NCBI GenBank assembly: GCA_021784575.1
Contig: JAJYHX010000001.1
Location: 539,995 to 603,994, forward strand
Source: Nitrospirota bacterium
GTDB taxonomy: Bacteria; Nitrospirota; JACRHJ01
Length of the DNA: 64,000 nt
Direction of reading: 5' to 3'
Shown: one piece after another, positions 63,904 through 64,000 of the stretch
Position numbering within the stretch: position 1 is the stretch's first letter
Layout of the letters: every line of letters starts with the position of its first letter
Notes under the pieces: generated by a model
Seen by the model: only the letters and a program-made list of their open reading frames with translations
The model's database searches: none
Told to the model about the DNA's origin: nothing
Program-made: the position numbers and the translations under genes

Positions 63904-64000
63904 TGGTTGTAATTTTTGCCGTATTTTTGTTGCCCGTTTCCGCTGTTGCAGGGCAGGAGAAGACTCTTTTCGATGCCGTCAGGGCGGGAGACGTTGCGGG

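Noticed and set aside
63873-64000. Open frame at the 3' edge encoding ...VVIFAVFLLPVSAVAGQEKTLFDAVRAGDVA, which looks like a signal peptide plus the start of an ankyrin-like repeat.
   Set aside because: It is probably a real truncated gene. However, no ATG/GTG/TTG start precedes the hydrophobic segment in frame (only ATT/CTG), and only about 40 codons are visible, so it is not reported as a feature.

Overview
GC-rich bacterial chromosomal window. No taxon can be assigned from sequence alone. The gene content (many sigma-54 promoters, polyferredoxin, radical SAM, YeeE/YedE, HspR) suggests an anaerobic Gram-negative, but that is inference only. I call about 62 protein genes plus one sub-threshold peptide ORF. 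I saw no rRNA, tRNA, CRISPR array, transposase, integrase or phage gene.

The right part (39.4-64 kb) is housekeeping: dinB, arsR-arsM, hsp20-dnaJ-hspR-clpB, def-fmt-DUF116-rsmB-PASTA-rpe, a CheY-like regulator, two thioredoxins, accA, dnaE, lipA, an aminotransferase, hom and thrC.

The left part (0-39.3 kb) looks accessory and is almost entirely envelope, redox or sulfur related. (i) An FtsX-type ABC exporter sits next to a secreted beta-propeller that carries one CXXCH motif. (ii) Two YeeE/YedE-type transporters are followed by a cysteine desulfurase and a DUF3343-like protein, which reads as a sulfur/selenium trafficking module. (iii) The main candidate for an undescribed system spans about 29 kb (10.6-39.3 kb).

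This array consists of exported paralogues from only a few families. It holds 5 proteins built from 13 transthyretin/CarboxypepD_reg-like repeats, 7 NosD-like beta-helix proteins with a shared N-terminal module and a C-terminal NWWG motif, and 2 FG-GAP/ASPIC proteins. It also has 2 Tat-signal DUF362 proteins next to a NapH/NosR-like membrane polyferredoxin. The remaining members are a HEAT lipoprotein, an orphan ResB-like protein, a His-rich RcnA/NicO-like transporter, a histidine kinase plus sigma-54 activator with a 32-aa six-cysteine ORF between them, and a PqqD + radical SAM/SPASM pair.

Six good sigma-54 (-24/-12) promoter matches lie in intergenic positions in the left part. Two dispersed REP-like repeat families and a 690-bp highly structured non-coding region are also present.

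All domain calls come from motif recognition by eye. No database search was run, and several start codons are approximate.
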